A stretch of 61,664 nt of DNA, counting the filler, from Choristocarpus tenellus KU-1152 (Eukaryota; Protista; Phaeophyceae): NCBI GenBank assembly GCA_964200185.2. It is 9 parts of 9 records of this genome, joined end to end, with 100 filler letters (N's around TTAATTAATTAA, not from the genome) between each part and the next. Parts side by side here need not be neighbours in the genome. Positions count along the whole stretch, not along the records: positions 1 to 10,716 come from CAXNAD020002762.1; positions 10,817 to 13,356 come from CAXNAD020026931.1; 7 more parts are not named here. One strand, given 5' to 3'. Below the pieces are notes generated by a model. That model worked only from the letters and a program-made list of their open reading frames with translations, did not search any database and was not told where the DNA came from. The position numbers and the translations under genes were made by a program. The first letter of the stretch is position 1; each line of letters starts with the position of its first letter. This document shows, in pieces, positions 1 through 12,420 of the stretch.

Positions 1-313
1 CTTTCTTTTCTATCTCCACATTCTTGTCCTGTGCCCCCAGCCAACCAGGATTCTACCGCCCACAAAACTCGGTTTACTTCATAAACTCTCACATCGTTGA
101 AACTCCAGCGGGGTCCTGGGTAACATGACCTCCACAGAGATCGTGTTGGTGTGTGTGCCTTAAGTTTTGAGTTAAAAACATGTATGTGCCCGAACATCGG
201 TGGTCAGTGGTCACTTTTGCGTATCGCTAGCACCACTCCTGCATTTGAAAATGTGTAAGTATTTTGTCGTACCGCTCACCCCGGTACGAACCAGGTACAA
301 GTATGTTATTTTT

Positions 314-585
314 TATGCCCTTTGACATTCTCCAGATGTGTCCGGGGAAAATCCAATGAAAACCAGTGAAATGTCAGAAAAATCCCTACAAAAGCAAACA
401 GCTGTCGTAAAATGTGAAAGAGACATTAAACTATTAACTATTTTACTACCAGCTATGCTGTACCACTTATTTCCTGGGTTAGGAAGTTGGGAAGCATCCC
501 AATAATCTAACAAGCCCCTCCTTGCCCATCTCCCTGGTGTCTCCAGCTTAAAAGGCACGACCCGTCTAGATAGGGCTACTTGCGT
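314..585 (+). mobile_element. Family F long-TIR (foldback-type) element, left part
   Basis: TATGCCCTTTGACATT..CAGATGTGTC..GGGGAAA..ATGTCAGAAAAATCCCTA..TTTTACTACCA recurs at 13985, at 60482, and inverted at 14285 and 60258. Confidence 0.6.
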
Positions 586-907
586 GCGTTGTGACTGAGA
601 CTACCTGGCGTAGACGGGATTTGACCGGCCCGTTTCTCCTGTAGACTCCTGTCTCTCTCCCCCCTACGACGTGCGTAGTCAGCTCATCCAGAAAAACTTT
701 CTGGTTGGTTGTGTACGTACCACTCTCCCACATGGTATTTGTTCTTATGCCCTCTCACATTATGTGCGAAAGATGTACGAACAGTTTTTGATATAAGTTT
801 GTTGTTTGAATCCCTCCCCAAAGATTTGCCATTATGAAACACAAGTGTCAAACCATAGTAGTAGTGCATTGATACTTGTCAACATTTCGTCTTCTTGTAG
901 GGAAATA

Positions 908-1663
908 TGTCCGACACCATTCTCAGAAAATGTGAATTGAGTACAAATGATTCGGATGCACAAATGGAAGAGTCAACATTTTAACTTCTTGATTTGTGAG
1001 GATGTGTTCATGCCACAATTCGGATTGATTTATCCGACGTATTATACGTTCTATGCATGATTATATTGTTTTGAGACATAAGAAGTATTGTTTCTCAGTG
1101 TATAGGGGTGTTTATGGATAGGATAAGTTAAGTTATTCAATATATGCATACTAGTATGATAGTACTCTCAACCAAGCATATGTTAGTGTAGATACATGTG
1201 AAAATTGGGATATGTGTGCTAATGTTAAGACTGTAAGCTGTAGTGAGTCTATTGCAAGTCTATATACATAAGTATATCTATTGACACCATTCTCAGAAAA
1301 TGTAAATTGAGTACAAATGATTCGGATGCACAAATGGAAGAGTCAACGTTTTAACTTCTTGATTTGTGAGGATGTGTCCATGCCACAATTCGGATTGATT
1401 TGTCTGACGTATTATACGTTCTATGTATGATTTGATTGTTTTGAGAGATGAGAAGTATTGTTTCTCAGTGTATAGGGGTGTTTATGGATAGGATAAGTTA
1501 AGTTATTCAATATATGCATACTAGTATGATAGAACTCTCAACCAAGCATATGTTAGTGTAGATACATGTGAAAATTAGGATATGTGTGCTGATGTTAAGA
1601 CTGTAAGCTGTAGTGAGTCTATTGCAAGTCTACATACGTAAGTATATCTATTGTTCGTCGACA
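908..1663. repeat. 370-bp tandem duplication (units 913-1282 and 1283-1652), bounded by LTR-like TGTCCGAC...GTCGACA ends
   Basis: Near-identical direct copies start GACACCATTCTCAGAAAATG at 913 and 1283. The LTR interpretation is inference; there is no TSD. Confidence 0.85.
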
Positions 1664-1941
1664 TCAAAACAATCATCTGAAGTCCAAAGATGCAAAGTAT
1701 AGTAAGAAGTGAAGAATATGCACCAGAAGAAGAAGTATTTGTAGATGAGTGATTATTGATGGTGAGTATCTGAGGAAGAAATAATAATACGAATACAGAG
1801 TAGAGTAGGGCTATTATTGGTTATTGAGAAGTTCACCAAGTCGCCCCCACACACATTTCGGTCGTTCCCTACCCCCTACTATTCGTGCCTCTGCCATCCG
1901 TCATTCTCTTCGGCGAAGCATCGAGCGGTACCAGGACCAAT

Positions 1942-2337
1942 ATGTCGACCTCACGCATCCTGCGGATCGTATTCCTGGTCGTCTCACTTCTACTGGCAAT
2001 TGCCTGCGCCGGCGCCGTCGAAGAGTCGAGTGTCGGGACGAGAGTGCAGCGTGGGCTACAGTCGTGCGGATCTGCGTGCAAAACGAAGAGTAAGCAAAAG
2101 AATAACGGGAAGACGAGAAAGAAGACCAACTTCTGTGACGACAGGTGTACATCGATGCAGGACGACCCACTCCTTGGAAACGGCTGTGGGAAGAAAGGCA
2201 TTACAAACTGCCGTAAATGCTTTTTCGACAAGGCTGTTCTGAAGAAGAAGGCCAAACAGGGACTCCATTTCCCACTTTGCTCCACCGGAGAGACCATCAA
2301 TAAGAGCGCACCCTACGTACGCCGCCTCTTGGACTGA
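1942..2337 (+). CDS. Small secreted cysteine-rich cationic protein (131 aa)
   Basis: ATG at 1942, hydrophobic signal peptide (ILRIVFLVVSLLLAIACAGA), 8 Cys after it, Lys/Arg-rich, intact CpG-rich ORF in decayed surroundings. Confidence 0.7.
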   Translation: MSTSRILRIVFLVVSLLLAIACAGAVEESSVGTRVQRGLQSCGSACKTKSKQKNNGKTRKKTNFCDDRCTSMQDDPLLGNGCGKKGITNCRKCFFDKAVLKKKAKQGLHFPLCSTGETINKSAPYVRRLLD

Positions 2338-3761
2338 GAGGACATAGTTTTGAGCACCTTCTTTGTTCCTGGCCAGGTATGGTGTATTGGGATAGTCTAG
2401 TGTTATAAGCGCACCTGATTGTTGTCACTTCGTCTTGTATGCGTAGTGTCTGCACCTACCTTTCACCTGCTGCTCACTGTTCAGAGCTAGGTACGCATTT
2501 ATGAGGTGAAAGGAAGCGTGGGGGGGATGTCATTGAGATATCTGACCAACGATAAACGAAACGTGACTTTCCTCTGGACTGATCGGCTGCTTTGGGACGA
2601 ACGTTGGGTGCGTGCTACAAGCTATCCTGGTCTTCGGTTGGGTCTATGTGTCTGCGACTCACGGCATGCATTTCGTGCTAGTGAGGTTTTGTTGTCGCAG
2701 GGTGGGTGTAAAAAGCGTTTGTGGGGTTGATGTTCCCCCTTTCTTTTGCATCTTTGTGACCTCAGTACTTTTCCAAGAATTGTTGTTTTCTTGGTCTTGG
2801 TTTTTGATGGTAGATTCGAAGGTAGAAGGGTAGGAATATAAATAAAATATGTGTCGCACCATGGGCGTCAAGGTTACCTTGTAAGATGCTGTCTCTATAT
2901 TACAATCCGGTTTAGAGGGGTTCTTGGAACAGACAGGTTGTAGATCGAGTTGAAATGGTGTCGTTTTCACTGTCTCTTCCCGTTGTCGCGTCGGTGAACA
3001 GCAGTCGAGATCCATGACCGCACTGCGCCTGGAAACGATACTTGCACAGCCCACGCAGATGCCGATGTGGTGTACCAGTAGAACTTGGATCACATGTTCT
3101 GCAGTTTTTCTGCGGGGTGGTTGAAGCTACAAGCATTTTGTGTAAAAGTATTGTAGTAGTTAGATATGTAGGCTGTGTGCTGGCAAAAACGCAGCGTGTA
3201 TCAATTTACTGAGATATATACCCATAATTTCAATAATATTAATGTATCGAATTATCAGAGCATGTCCCTGCCCATGGCAATGGCCAATTCGTGAAGAATC
3301 GATCTAGATTTATTATTGTGCGCTTTCCAGATGATCCCCAAGCACCATCACTCTTCTAACCCAAGACAGACTTGTGAAGTACGATCGATCTCATGCCCCG
3401 ATCAAAGAACGACCATGGAGAATGTACGGCAAAGGGATAACGAACGGGGATCGATTGTGATTTTGAAACGAGTGTATATATCAAGAATTTTTCGTCATGT
3501 CCTCAAGAGCACCGTCTAGATTTTTTTCCTTCTTGTGCGCTCCACCTGTTCATGAAATGATATGGAGGGGGTGGTTGTCCCAGAATGAGATGTGCTTTTG
3601 TGCTGTCTGGCAGACATTGGCCTGTCCGTGGATACCTTTGTTCTTGGCCAAGAATACCCTCTTTGCCACGTTAAAGTTGAGGGCACACACACCCGTGTAC
3701 TGTATTGATCGTGGCGTATTATTAGTTTGATGCAATGATGTTGAAACGTTTGGCAGGTGTC

Positions 3762-4021
3762 GACTCAAACCATTGGGGAGGTACGCAGGTTTGGACTATT
3801 TCGCAGTACGAGTAATCTCACCCCGTACAACACACAATACTTTATTGATTTATCTGCACATTATTAGCGATTACCAAAAAAATGGCATTCCTCTTTTTCA
3901 CATACAGAGTAACACCACACTTTAGTGAAGGCTCTTTTCCACAATTGTACAAAAAGGCACATTTACCTCTCCTTGCAATCCTTAATGTGCAATCGTGCCT
4001 ATCTCTCAGCTGGTTTGACTC
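3762..4021 (+). mobile_element. MITE family D, diverged copy
   Basis: TIRs GACTCAAACCATTGGGGAGGTA / TATCTCTCAGCTGGTTTGACTC; body aligns with 20836-21100. Confidence 0.75.
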
Positions 4022-4913
4022 TGGTATCATGGAAGAACGCAAGAAATATCGGTTAGAGAATGCTTGGACATGTAGTCGGAAAGAGAGGCCGTACACATAA
4101 AAGATAGGGTATGCATAGTATGTGCCTACGACCCGAAATGCAGATGCAGCAGGTGACGTAGAAAGAAGGGGGAAGTAGCAAAGAGCTTAAATTGCAGAAT
4201 TGCACGATTACACGGTTATCTTAAATAAAGGAAGAAATGAATCGTCGAAGGGCATTATGGTGGAGAAATGAGGAAGGGCTTAGCGACTGAATCAAGCACG
4301 TCCAAAAAATTAGACAGGGCCGACTGGTGTGACCTCCGTCATCGAGGATCGTGAGAAGGTCAACGAAGGACGTGTAAATCTATTCACAGACAGGTACACA
4401 TCAGAATAAAACAGACCGGGTACCGTACGCTCACCAGCAAACATAGATACCACCAGCAGTAGCATCATCAACAAGGACCCATGTACTGAACACAAAGCGT
4501 CTTATCAATCGGCAAAGTGGCATGGAATTATTTAATGTTTGGTGACTGTGGCCGCTGTTGCACGCGGCAAGCTGTGTAGCTGCTTTGTCCTCCTTAGAAT
4601 GCCAGTCATGCGTGCATGTACCGTTTCGTTCCATTCTTCACACATCAGCACCACCATCGGTTTGTGTCTTCTTAACCAAGTAATCCCACTTCTCAGCGGA
4701 GATGCTGAACACTCAGAGTCATCTTCCTTGGAGACACCATGACTATTTGTTCTCCTGTCCCCTCCTATTCCTCTTTGGTCTCTTACCTGCAAGTTTCCCA
4801 AGCATCAACTTCTTGGGCAAGGGAGAATCCCCCCATGCCCACCATGAGCCCTGCGGACAACAGCCTTCGATTGGGTGTAGGACACACACACACATACACA
4901 AACAAATATCAGT

Positions 4914-5300
4914 GTCCTCGTAGCCCAGTGGTTAAGGAGGCAGTTCCCTGCATGAATTTTGCGAATTTGAACTTTGAACTTGAACTCCATTGACGCCGGA
5001 CTTCCCTTCACAGGAGTCTGGAGTCAAAGTACCTAGGAGGGTATGGCCGCGTCCATTTGGGGGTCAAAATCCAATATTGCATATGTTGATGTAATTTTGA
5101 CTATCGTGTTTGTTTGAAGATGTCAATATCCTTGTGTTTCGGACACACCTTTTCATAACGTATGCATTTTACCTATTCAGAAACATTTTGGAGCATGTAA
5201 AATGTCATAAAAAAACCGTGGGAAGCCAAGCCCCAAATGGACAAATAGGGAAAAACTCGTACCCTCCAAGATACTTTCACTCTCTGGTTCTGCTTTGCTC
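4914..5300 (+). mobile_element. tRNA-derived SINE-like head (family S1), interrupted by MITE A at 5021
   Basis: A-box-like TAGCCCAGTGG then TTAAGGAGGC; homologous to the minus-strand copy at 16866-16965, with similarity resuming after the MITE. Confidence 0.5.
5021..5282 (+). mobile_element. MITE family A (Sola2-like), TSD TCTG
   Basis: TIRs GAGTCAAAGTACCTAGGAGGGTA / TACCCTCCAAGATACTTTCACTC; TCTG on both flanks. Confidence 0.9.
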
Positions 5301-6251
5301 GCGAATTCTGGCTTAATTGGTCGGCCTCATCTTAGCCTCCCACAAACCTTGTACCGCAGCCCCTCGCTACAGACGCACTCATTGCATACTCAGACCTTGG
5401 CGGCTCCATTGGTAACTCCACAGATTTGACATACATCATCCCCCACGTATGTCTACTCCTGATATTTTCTGTACCTGTAACTACTTCCCAGTTTAGCTAC
5501 TGTATATGGCATGGGTTTCAAACCGTAGTACCAAGCGCTTGGAAGGGTTGAGCAGGTTTGATGAGCAGTATCCGAATCCTTTCCATTGCCCCTCCCCTCC
5601 CCCCTCTCACTATCGTCCTGGGCATGTAGGTTCCTGGATCCCGCTTACCTTTGAAAGGTTCCTAAATATCGCTTAAATCAGGTGTCTGTGTCATACCCGT
5701 GTCCTGAGCTCTACAATCCAACTGCAACTAGTCAGGGATCAATCCAGCGCTTAAGCATTGTTCGTATAGACACCTGCACCTTGTGTCATCTGTCTCGATG
5801 CATTATGCTAACAGACACGTGGCATACATGTATTTTCCTTGTCAAGACAAGAGGTGCCAGTGAGTTGTCTGTGATGTGATAAACTCGTGATGATATTACA
5901 CGGGGGGAATCATTGAGATACTCAGTACTCTTTGATGGCTCTGAGGCCAACTTTATACAGTCCAATTGTCCCTAGTCATTGTAACCTCATACTTCAACTT
6001 TCCATGTACACTGTACATTTGCAATACTTTCACTATTCTCCCCCACCCTCCCGTCCATCTTGTTTTTTCAACGGGATAATTGAAAATTATGCAGCATACT
6101 GTACGCATGTACCCTCCTTCTCAATCTGCAAACGATTGGCAACCCCTTGTTCAACTCAAAAATGCATCAGAGACGTTCGTGGCACCAAAGCGATATATTG
6201 TTGACCTTTACATTGCTTGGGTACGCAAGTGGGACACCTTTCCCTCACTCT

Positions 6252-6345
6252 GAGGCAGAGTATCTAGGAATTTGTGGCTTCTGTACATTTGTGGCCCATT
6301 TTGCCATGTCGCGATTTTTTACGATTTGGTTGCATTCGTCTGTTA
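6252..6345 (+). mobile_element. MITE family B relic (5' part)
   Basis: GAGGCAGAGTATCT...CATGTCGCGATTTTTTACGATTTGGTTGCAT matches the family B core. Confidence 0.5.
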
Positions 6346-7559
6346 CACAATGTATTTCATAGACCTGCGTGTATCTCCATTAGTATCCTTGTTGTCAAGA
6401 ATATGAAATTGCACTGTCATCGATTTGTGTCATATATTTTCTCGACTTGATGAAGTGAATTGGTGGTTTGGTGAATTTTAGAGTGGTGTGTAGAACTGAA
6501 TCGATCTCTTGATAGACACATGCAGAATTTTGATATTCTGTGACGAGTATGGTATACGGGGACGGTTGAGGGAAACGAGAGGTACCCTTGAGCTGCAAAT
6601 GGAAGGCGTCAAGCTTGTTTGAAAATTCTGTGTTTTTTAGGAATGTGCACGTCAAGATTTTGGAACTGTCTCCGAAAGTTCAAAACAACGCGGAAATCTA
6701 CCCTCCTAGGTTGAAACTGGTGCTAAGTCTAGAATGTGTGTGCGATTGACGGAGGGTATTTATAGAGAGGTTTGTAACACAAAACTGCCAAAAAGAGGTT
6801 ACCCCGTGATAGCCTTGACTCTTTACCTAAATTATGTGAGTAGATTAGAAGAAGTCCAATATATCCCAAAATAAATATGTAATGAGGACGAAACCCTATG
6901 TGATAAGCTGCATGGTGTCGTGGGCGATTGAGTTCCTTTGCAGCAGATGAAAAATTGTTGTTGAGGTAACAAAGTGTTCTCCCCTGGTTCATTATGTTCA
7001 TACTCAATTTTCGTGTATCTGCTTGCTGCGATTGCACTCTGACCTTGTCTAAAATCAAACGTGAATTCAAGGATTGAACCAAAGCTGGTGTTTTCCTGGC
7101 ATTGACGACTAGACCAAGGCACTAGCTGACAAGTGGGATACCATTTTTGCCAATTATGTGCCGACCTACAGTTGTACGTACAATCTTCCACGAAATGAAC
7201 TCCGGCATCGACATCGCCGTATCTAATATATACAGAATATGAGCGTGTGACAGTTACCAAAATTCAGAAATAAAAATCGAAGGATAATAAGAGGTGTTGA
7301 ATGGTAAGGCTCAGACCCCCAATTTTACATGTTACAAACAGTTTACGACCTTGCCAGGACCTGTGTTAACGAATATGACTACATTGACACTTTTGACCGG
7401 TCCGTACACACCTGATATCACTGTGAACGTGGTAAGCCCATCATACGTAAACTGTACAAACTTGGTGTTTGTTCGGAGACTGCGTACAAGGTACAGCAAT
7501 CCAAAAATCTAACCAAAAAACCTGACCTTACTTCAAGTTCTAACAAAAAACAAAAACCC

Positions 7560-9480
7560 CTAATTCATCTTATGGGCATGTTTGAAGTCACACCTCTCGT
7601 CTTTCTTCCACCAACCTACAAGTTTCAGATAAGCCTCTGTCAGTACATGTCATAGATTCAAGGGTGAGGAACACAAGTTTCTCGTTCCACATCTCTGCCT
7701 TGATGGAATTGAGTAACACAGCCTTCTTTGTAGCGAGTTCTTCGATATCCTCGACATGCAGCCTCCTCTTTGCATTTCCTCTGCCATCACATAACCCATT
7801 CAGGATTCATTGATATAGCAGTAGTCGTTCAGGACAATGTTCTTAGCAGATTTGCCAGCCACATCAATTTGAACCCATGGTTGTGTATAATCTGCTGGAG
7901 GATACAGGTTTGCACAGTGTTATTATCGCAAGTCTACATTGATGCCGATCTGTTCGCCAACCGGAGGAGTTCCAACGTGCAAGTCTTAAGGAATTTTGTT
8001 GTTATTCCGATCTTGAACTTACTATCAGAGTGGATCGATTGCGGGATGGCGCAGGGGTAACCACCAGATCTAGGATCGTCACCATTATCATCTCCTCCTC
8101 CAGCACTTCCACCTTTAGTTACGGATTCCATTCCCAGATCTTTGCCGTCTGTCGCTTTTTTCTTGGTCTAGCTGTTTCTCTGCATAGAAGCAAAAATACG
8201 TTGAAGCAACATCATCGAGGACTCTTCCTGTCCATCCTTTGCCTTAGCGTTGTCCAGGTGTTCCTCCAAACCTCTGCCCGCCAGGGCAAGGGGTTCCCTC
8301 CCCCTGTTTCTACAAGGCTCCTTGGTTCGTAGAGCCCACCCCATAGCTGGCGTCGACTTCTCTGTCCTTTTGGTGGAGGGGTTACGTTCCTCATTCTCCT
8401 CCCCAACACTCCTGAAGAACCTTGGTCTCTTTGCAAGTGGGCTCTCCATATCTCGAATCTTTTCTGTCTTGTTGAATTTTGCCCTCTTCGCAAGGCTTGT
8501 CCTTGCTACAGAAAACCGACTATTTGTGGAAGAATTTCACGATTATGTTGAATCCTCGTCATTGATGCCCCCACTTCTCCCTCCGACCCCAGGAATATCC
8601 TTGGTTGTGTACCCCTCCCTCCCTTGGCCACCTGTTTTTCTACCTGTAGGTGGAGGATATCGACAATAAGGATCGACCTCCTCGACAGTACCCAGTTCGC
8701 CGTCATCAGACTCGTCAATCCCTTTCACCCTTTTAGCCGTAACCTCCTTATCGCTCTCCTCATCCGTGCTTGTGTTGATGCTATTGATTATTGGAGACTA
8801 TGTGGAATTCTTCCTCACAAACCTAGACCTCAACAGGGTGCTCGACATTTCCTGCATCGAATCGTCATCACCCTCGCTGAAAGAGTCCTTGTCGCTTGTC
8901 CTTAAGCAGTTATTGTGGCGAGGAGTGTCGTCCTCTGATGTTTACTTGCTAACCTGCCCCGGCGTGGCTCCCGCTCTTCTCGGCGTTCTGAATCCTCCCA
9001 GCTTGCCCACCGAACACCCTGCGTCCCCATTGCCGTCGTTGGACAAGTCGACACTGAGGATTCGTGAGCTCCTGCTGTCAAATGGTTTGGACGATTATTC
9101 GTCGTCTCCAGCAGCCCGGACGATAGCCCAGCTAGCAAAGTCCGGGCTAGCAGTGTTATTGTCACTGTGTGCTCTCTCCCCATCTCTGCCGCCCTCAAGT
9201 TCCCCCCTACTCTCTTCTGTGGGCAGATGTGTAGTCATGTCCTCTTTTCCTTTCTCACTCTCAGAGTCGAGTCCTTCATTTCCATTCCTCAATTTGCTAC
9301 TCTCCTCTGATGTCTTGGAGGGTGTGTACATGTTGAACTTCAACAGCTTCTTAGCAAGGCCGTCCAGACCCTTGAGATCATGATTACCGTCCAAAACGGT
9401 ATAGATCATTACCACTCCTCACAATTGGATGTCAGGTTGGTGATGGCGTTCCCATGTGTGATAAGGGTCTGTCGAGGACT
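7560..9480 (-). pseudogene. Decayed ~1.9-kb coding relic of unknown, probably transposon, origin
   Basis: Chain of charged, low-complexity minus-strand ORF pieces (9095-9415, 8543-8728, 8168-8449, 7934-8131) broken by stops and frameshifts; no recognisable domain. Confidence 0.3.
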
Positions 9481-10087
9481 TCCTCAAGATCGTGTGTGGT
9501 CGTCAGTTACTGTTTGGTGTAATCATTATTCACTTTGCACGGCTCGAGTCTGAAACAGTGGATGCCGGTACAAAGGAAGGAGTGAAGGCGTTTGATGTTG
9601 AACAGCAATCAATCGAGGATTGTTGCAGACCCTTCTATATAGTGAACATTTCGTGTGCGTGTTTAGTACTTGGATGAAAGGTTCCCTACATAAATGGACT
9701 GACCAGGAAATGTCATCGACTTATTATTTGATTGGCCTTGTGTTTTTTGTTTTTGTTCTCCATATTTTTTTAAAGAAACATATAGCTACAATTTACCATA
9801 CGATGTAATACATGGGTGAATACTTTTTCAGTTCCAAATGGAGAAAAAATGTGTACAATTGATTGTAGTTGGTAGGATTTATAGAAAATGCTCAAAATTT
9901 CCGAAGACAAGCACTATCAGCGATATAGGAAGCACGGAGCAAGTCTATGTCTTCCAGAAGGTAGATAATAGATACAGGCACACAGTTAAAAGCGTTGAAA
10001 GGCAGGATAAGGCAAAATAGTCTGTGCTGTGTCGATGGACGCAACACAATAAAAACACAGTTGTGTTGATGAAGTCGTAACCTGTTT

Positions 10088-10261
10088 AGGGTAAAGTATC
10101 TGGGGGGGCATGGCGGCTGTCCATTTGGGGCCAATTTTTTCATGTCGGGATTCTTGTGTGATTTGGTTGCATACGTCGGATGGATGTAAGTGCGCTTTTC
10201 CTGGTTATGTCCCAAATAGACACCCTGGTGTAGACCCCCCTCCCCACAGATACTTTGGGTC
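10088..10261 (+). mobile_element. MITE family B, 3-bp TSD TTT
   Basis: AGGGTAAAGTATCTGGGGGGG ... CAGATACTTTGGGTC, with internal GTCCATTTGGGG / CCCAAATAGAC. Confidence 0.85.
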
Positions 10262-10628
10262 TTTTCAACACCTGGAGACACGTGTAGACCTAGAGAAACG
10301 TGGGTGTGTGGTAGTGTGTGGTAGTGTGTGATACAGGGAGTGAAACCGTATGAAATAGGAAATAAATTTCAGAGGCTGCCGCAGATACTCTGTGCCACAC
10401 GTAATGGTGGTATGATGGTGGAAGAGAAGAATTTGTGAACTATACATATTTCGCTATCAAACGATATTACAGTTGCTTGCCTTCATCTTCATTATTGTTG
10501 TTTTGGGTAACACCCTTCGAGAATTTGATGATGTCCAGGAACAGACTGCCCTTCTCCACATTCTTCCCTGCAAGTTTCTTCTTCACCTTCCAATTTTCAG
10601 GGATTGGGCCAATGTTTCAAGTCAAAGG

Positions 10629-10660
10629 AGGGCAAAGTATCTGGGGGGGGGGGGGGCCGG
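10629..10660 (+). mobile_element. MITE family B end, broken at poly-G near contig end
   Basis: AGGGCAAAGTATCT followed by a G-run. Confidence 0.7.
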
Positions 10661-10716
10661 CTCGCTTTTTTCCCTCGGGGTGGTGTGTTTTTCTTGGCTT
10701 AATGACTACATTACAA

Positions 10717-10816
10717 NNNNNNNNNNNNNNNNNNNNNNNNNNNNNNNNNNNNNNNNNNNNTTAATTAATTAANNNNNNNNNNNNNNNNNNNNNNNNNNNN
10801 NNNNNNNNNNNNNNNN
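10717..10816. other. Artificial contig linker
   Basis: N44-TTAATTAATTAA-N44, with stops in all six frames. Confidence 0.97.
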
Positions 10817-10839
10817 CCTCCCCCCAGATACTTTGGGTC
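10817..10839 (+). mobile_element. MITE family B right end at contig start
   Basis: CCTCCCCCCAGATACTTTGGGTC. Confidence 0.7.
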
Positions 10840-12161
10840 TGAGGAACTGGACAATGTCTAGGTCGACTTCATTGTATGGGGATGCATGAACAAAATGGAG
10901 GGATTACAGAACCATGAGCCTTGTGGTTTGACAAGGAGGGAGAAGATGATGTTGTCGATCGAGCAGTGTGTCAAGCTACAAACGTGTTTGAAGCTGTGGA
11001 CGGGTCTGACCAAGGATTGTGGCTTCAAAGGTCGTCTGCACAGGTTTCTGCTTCACACAACCTGCATTGGGAATTGTTCCCTTAACATCCTAAAGGCCTG
11101 TTTGTGCTAGACGTAACCATCCACGATGCTCAGGAACAGACATGAAGTGGTGGAGAGGACCATGTGTATGTATCACATCAACATACCCTCTCACGTCAAG
11201 TGATGGGTACTGTCTTCAGTGTGGCCTGTGGATCTTGTGTTATTTCTCCCTACAATTTAGGCGATTAACAGGAGTCAAACACAGAACGAGCATATCCATA
11301 TATATGGAGTACTTACTACTTGCATTGATTTTTTCTTCGCGGTATTTCGATTTGGATGCACTACTGCTGCTGTTGCCTGGATTACTATTGACATTGTACT
11401 ACAACTTGTACATAGCAACAAGCCCTTCTCATTGACCACAAAACCCACTACTTCATTCATTCATCGTATTGCTACAACGTTACAATAATTTCTTCTACTA
11501 CTACTATCGGTACTTAAAAGGAATAGGCACAACGGTTACCTCTGTCAATATTGCCTTCGAGGAACCTCTATGCACTATTTTGTGTCTAATTGCTGCTTCA
11601 GCACAACAATAACGATGTATGTAGCTAACGTTACATGCGGAGAGGTGGATATCTGTAAAATAGTCGTCAGATCTACACCCCCTCCCCTTCTATAGCCCTA
11701 ACATCAATTTCTATCTCCAAAGAAACGAGAAGTTGTGGAACACAACAACCGAGGAGATAGTGGGAGGGTACAGAAATTTCGTTGAGGGGTCCTATACAAG
11801 TTTAATTTAATATAGCTGATTCTACCATACCTACTTACTAGAAGCGCTTTTCTGCCTGTTACGGCGATCTCGTTTGACAGTCCTCCACAATCGCGTGTCA
11901 AGAAAAAAAATCTCGAGCCATGGGCGATTTAATACCTTTGACACCTTTTTTTCTTGACAGAGCCTGTTCTTCCATACCTTCCTACTACCTACCCACCCAT
12001 TTTATTTTCTTGTTCTTTCACATCAGTCTGGGAGGTTCCGAACTCATATTCAAAATAACCCCCCCAAAAGAGGTATTTTCTGAATTGTGTCAGAAAAGTT
12101 TCAAACAATAGAGAAATAAACGGTCTCAAGTGAACAAACTTAGAACTTCACCCTTAGAAAA

Positions 12162-12420
12162 AAGTTGAAGTAAACGGCAGGTACCCAGAGTTGCATTTTA
12201 AGGATGCTGACAATTACTTGTAAAATCCAGCTCTTCTTGCAAATGCGTATCGTATAGGATCATATGCTGAATTATATTATATTCCAACAAAAGAAAAATT
12301 AACCTCTAGAGTCAAACTTAGCACTTCATCCATAAAAATATGGGTGAATTGCAAAAGATTGAAGAACAGACTTGAAATGCAAAACGACCAAACCTGTATA
12401 ACTCTCGTTTACTTTGGCTT
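12162..12420 (+). mobile_element. MITE family E, preceded by an internal E fragment at ~12070-12160
   Basis: Aligns with 15020-15277 (GGTACCCAGAGTTG..TCAAACTTA..ACTTCATCCATA..AATGCAAAACGACCAA..CTCGTTTACTTTG). Confidence 0.75.

Noticed and set aside
4787-4850. 64-nt minus-strand exon-like segment with CAG and GTAAGA borders
   Set aside because: No partner exons or recognisable protein, and the reading frame is ambiguous.
10717-10816. TTAATTAATTAA palindrome recurring eight times
   Set aside because: Always centred in exactly 88 Ns: an artificial six-frame-stop linker. ORFs ending in X..LIN are artefacts.
10629-10839. Two B halves across the linker as one element
   Set aside because: Orientation fits but the flanks (AGG vs TGA) give no TSD, so continuity across the linker cannot be claimed.
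11896-11959. 14-bp inverted repeat TGTCAAGAAAAAAA / TTTTTTTCTTGACA
   Set aside because: Single, short and half homopolymer, with no TSD.
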